Shown here one piece after another: positions 17,194 to 20,000 of a stretch of DNA of 20,000 bases. Position numbers and translations under genes: made by a program. Each line of letters begins with the position of its first letter. The first letter of the stretch is position 1. This stretch comes from an uncultured virus (IMG/VR IMGVR_UViG_2630968701_000003). Lineage: Duplodnaviria; Heunggongvirae; Uroviricota; Caudoviricetes. The notes below the pieces were generated by a model that was not told the origin of the DNA, searched no databases, and worked only from the letters and a program-made list of their open reading frames with translations. The DNA lies in IMG/VR virus record IMGVR_UViG_2630968701_000003. One strand, given 5' to 3'.

Positions 17194-17207
17194 CTGAAAG
17201 CTTAAAA

Positions 17208-17370
17208 TGTGTTATAATGTAATTAATTTATTAGATTCCAAAACAACAGGGATAGTTTGGACTTTTTTAAGGAATAAAGTTTTAGAGAAATTATGTATTA
17301 CAATTCAATATTTTTGATATAGAAGCATAGATTAAGCAGACGAATGGTCTGTTTTTTTTATGCTTTTATT
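17208..17370 (+). promoter_or_regulatory. Repeated leader copy 3 (most diverged)
   Basis: TGTGTTATAAT at 17208-17218; TTAGATT, stem 17237-17261 with AACAGGGATA loop, ACTTTTTTAAGGAAT; hairpin about 17319-17369 with the AAGCAGA/TCTGTT core. Confidence 0.65.
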
Positions 17371-17421
17371 TATATATATACCTGTTAATAATCAGTCGAT
17401 CAGAGAGGAGGTGACAATGAT

Positions 17422-17928
17422 ATGAGTAAAAAAAGAATACGAGTTATTGGTCTTTTTATTGCGGTATTAAGTCTTGCGGTGTTAAGTGGATGTGGATCTG
17501 CAAAGAAAAAACAAAAAGCAACTACTAAAACTACAGAAGTTGCATCAACCACGGAAAAGGAAAATATTTCAAAAAATAAAGATCAGCAGACAATAACATC
17601 GTCAGCTACGACAGAAGCTACAACCAAAGTGACGACAAGCACAACAACAAGCACAGCGAAAAAAACAACCAAAGCAACAACAGAAACACCAATTGCTACT
17701 AAAAAAGACGAACAAAAAGCTGCAGTTAAGGCGACGGTTACTTATAACGGATTTTCTGACACAAATAGTGTGGAAATGAAAATGTCTGATGGAAGTTATG
17801 AAGTGATGATCGTTGAAAAAGAGGATTTAATTAAGAAGTTAGAAGATTTAAATCCTGGAACAAAAGTAACAATTCGGTACAAAGCCAAAGCAGGACAAGC
17901 CAATAAGCAAATTATTACGGTATTTTAA
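17422..17928 (+). CDS. Lipoprotein with Thr/Lys-rich linker and small C-terminal beta domain
   Basis: AGGAGG RBS; basic N-terminus, hydrophobic stretch, lipobox LSGC. Confidence 0.85.
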   Translation: MSKKRIRVIGLFIAVLSLAVLSGCGSAKKKQKATTKTTEVASTTEKENISKNKDQQTITSSATTEATTKVTTSTTTSTAKKTTKATTETPIATKKDEQKAAVKATVTYNGFSDTNSVEMKMSDGSYEVMIVEKEDLIKKLEDLNPGTKVTIRYKAKAGQANKQIITVF

Positions 17929-17948
17929 ATAAGGAGGAAGTATAGGTT

Positions 17949-20000
17949 ATGAAAAAAGGAACATGTAAACGATTCATGGCAATGGCAATGAGTCTGGTAA
18001 CTGCATTAGGAACAGGATTTGGAGGAGGGGTCAACATGGTTTATGCTGCAAATTCCTTCAAAGCTGGAGATACAGTACAAGTCAAGTATCTGCATAACAA
18101 TAAGACTTATAAAAAGAGTGCAGTGGATGCAAGATGGAATGATAAGATTCTAGGTACAAAAATGCCTGGATACATTGATGAGGATTCCAATGCAATGTAT
18201 TCTGCTTACTGGATTTTTGGACAGGCGGAGGGTCCCAAAGTATTATATAAAAACAGTGGAGATACTTTTACATTAAGCAGATATAATACAACCATTAAAA
18301 TGACAGTCGATAGTAAGACTGCTTATATCAATGGCAAAAAAACAACAATGTCTACAGCTCCACGAAAAGTATATAACTACGGCAACAAAACTAATTACAT
18401 TATGGTGCCGGGATCATGGACAGCCAAAAATTTAGGCATTAGCTATAAATGGAATGCTACGAAACGTGCAGGCTGCATGAGTGCGGCCAGTCAGTCAGGT
18501 GGTTCTAATAATGCAACTACAGCTACAACGAAGCCTACAACAACGGCAGTGAAACCCACAACAACAACGGCAAAACCAACTACAACAACAGCTAAACCAA
18601 CAGAAACTAAGCCGGAAGTTGTAAACAAAAAAGTAACAACATCCTATGATATGACAGCATCTGCGTATGCGAAAGAACAGAGCAAAGCTGTTCCTAAGTA
18701 TAACAATCAAACGTTTGATGAAAATGCATATCAGAAAAAAATTACATCAACAGTAAATGATGAACAGTATATGAAAATTGATGTTTATCATAATGTAAAT
18801 GAATCTGCATTTGCGAAAAAACTGGATGAGTTATTACAAAATAAAAATAACAGCGTGTTAAAAGGAAAAGCAAGTGCAATCATTGCAGCTGCTAAAAAAG
18901 AAAAGATTGATCCAGTGTACTTAGTATCCCAGACGATTAATGAATCTGCATACGGAACAAGTGCATTAAGTAAGAAAGCTATTACGAAGGTCATTACAGG
19001 CGATAGTGTAAAAAAAGATGCCAATGGAAATGTAACAGGATTCCAGAAAGTTAATGGAAAATATATTACAAAAACAATTCCGGAAACAACAGTATATAAT
19101 CTGTATGGAATCAAGGCATATGACAGTGATCCGCAGCTTTGTGGTTCTTCCTATGCGTATTATATGGGATGGACAAGTGTTGACAAAGCATTAAATGGAG
19201 CTGCACAGTATGTTGCTGATAATTATATTCATAATACCGTTTATCAGCAGAATACACTATTCAAAATGAGATATAATCCGAAAAAGGATAATATCTGGCA
19301 TCAATATTCAACAAATCCTTCTTATGCAGAAGAAATTGCAGAACATATGAAAAATATGAAATCTGTATATGATGGATGTTCTAATACATTTACCTATGAC
19401 AGACCAGCTTTTGTGAAAGAACCTGAAACAACGACTACAACAGCCAAACCCACAACGACAACTGCCAAACCAACGACTACAACTACCGCGACAAAGCCAA
19501 CAACGACAAAATATACAGTTACGGGAACATTACCAAACGCTCGTGTAAAAGCTTCTAAGAGTAATTATGATTTAAGAATCAAGTTACCTAGCGGAGTGAC
19601 AAGCTATTATCTTGAAGATAAGTATACTAGCCGTCAATTATTCATGTCTTGTGCAGGCAATTATGTAAGCCATTTTAATAATGCTTCAAACCGCTACGCA
19701 AAAAGCAGTATGTCAGGATTTACAGTCAAATATAATTCTACGAAAAAAAGAACATATGTCTATGTAAAAGCCTCTAGTTCTTATCGTGGATATGCTGTTT
19801 CTTTTGACAATGGATATGCTTACATCAAATGGGGAACACCAAAAACAATGTATAAAAATATCTTAGTTTTAGATGCCGGACATGGTGGTTCTGATTCTGG
19901 AGCAACAGGAAATGGATTAAGAGAAAAGGACCTTACATTAAACATTGTTTTAGCAGCAAAGAACAATTTGATAAGGATAAGAATTATGCAGTGTATTACA
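17949..20000 (+). CDS. Secreted multidomain peptidoglycan hydrolase: signal peptide, copper-amine-oxidase-N-like domain, GH73-type glucosaminidase, Amidase_3 start. Runs off the window; apparent frameshift near 19962
   Basis: Missing from the ORF track because there is no stop in the window. AGGAGG RBS, ATG 17949. Motifs DPVYLVSQTINESAYG, YNLYGIKAYD, NTLFKMRYNP, HQYSTN, then LVLDAGHGGSDSGATGNGLREKDLTL. Confidence 0.88.
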   Translation, partial: MKKGTCKRFMAMAMSLVTALGTGFGGGVNMVYAANSFKAGDTVQVKYLHNNKTYKKSAVDARWNDKILGTKMPGYIDEDSNAMYSAYWIFGQAEGPKVLYKNSGDTFTLSRYNTTIKMTVDSKTAYINGKKTTMSTAPRKVYNYGNKTNYIMVPGSWTAKNLGISYKWNATKRAGCMSAASQSGGSNNATTATTKPTTTAVKPTTTTAKPTTTTAKPTETKPEVVNKKVTTSYDMTASAYAKEQSKAVPKYNNQTFDENAYQKKITSTVNDEQYMKIDVYHNVNESAFAKKLDELLQNKNNSVLKGKASAIIAAAKKEKIDPVYLVSQTINESAYGTSALSKKAITKVITGDSVKKDANGNVTGFQKVNGKYITKTIPETTVYNLYGIKAYDSDPQLCGSSYAYYMGWTSVDKALNGAAQYVADNYIHNTVYQQNTLFKMRYNPKKDNIWHQYSTNPSYAEEIAEHMKNMKSVYDGCSNTFTYDRPAFVKEPETTTTTAKPTTTTAKPTTTTTATKPTTTKYTVTGTLPNARVKASKSNYDLRIKLPSGVTSYYLEDKYTSRQLFMSCAGNYVSHFNNASNRYAKSSMSGFTVKYNSTKKRTYVYVKASSSYRGYAVSFDNGYAYIKWGTPKTMYKNILVLDAGHGGSDSGATGNGLREKDLTLNIVLAAKNNLIRIRIMQCIT
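18513..18613 (+). repeat. Coding low-complexity (KPTTTTA)n linker
   Basis: Imperfect tandem ACA-rich units encoding KPTTTAV/KPTTTTA. Confidence 0.8.
19425..19508 (+). repeat. Second (KPTTTTA)n linker
   Basis: Encodes TTTTTAKPTTTTAKPTTTTTATKPTTT. Confidence 0.8.

Noticed and set aside
3216..17370. Repeated leaders as a CRISPR/TIGR-type array or a known riboswitch (c-di-GMP, T-box, SAM)
   Set aside because: Copies are dispersed kilobases apart with no repeat-spacer periodicity, no cas genes are present, and I could not find the consensus motifs of those riboswitches.
1921..19114. All minus-strand ORFs in the track (e.g. 1921-2112, 7601-7921, 11817-12038, 18495-18710, 18788-19114)
   Set aside because: They lie antisense to well-supported + strand genes, have no RBS, and show shadow-ORF composition.
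18513..19508. ACA-rich repeats as a DNA-level functional array
   Set aside because: Explained by Thr/Pro/Lys linker coding, with synonymous variation between units.

Overview
AT-rich (roughly 30-35% GC by eye) Firmicute/Clostridia-type DNA (AGGAGG RBSs, sigma-A TGnTATAAT promoters). About 30 genes are all on the + strand. The content looks like the accessory or early region of a large mobile element (conjugative element, megaplasmid or prophage), but no integrase, relaxase or virion gene lies inside the window. Recognisable products: DUF4406/NDT-like protein, putative ATP-grasp protein, HD-GYP-like protein, YhaM-type OB+HD nuclease, HNH endonuclease, NadM-type adenylyltransferase, Ssb, LPD16-containing protein, radical SAM protein, bacterial PARG-type macrodomain, a lipoprotein, and a glucosaminidase+amidase autolysin that runs off the end. 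The strongest unexplained signal is a ~150-nt structured leader present in three diverged copies (about 3216-3379, 8460-8629, 17208-17370): extended -10 promoter, covarying GGA-loop hairpin, then a long terminator-like hairpin. A second non-coding motif (SD-hairpin-hairpin-TTATTTA-ATGAA) occurs twice. All family assignments are from motif recognition by eye; no searches were run.
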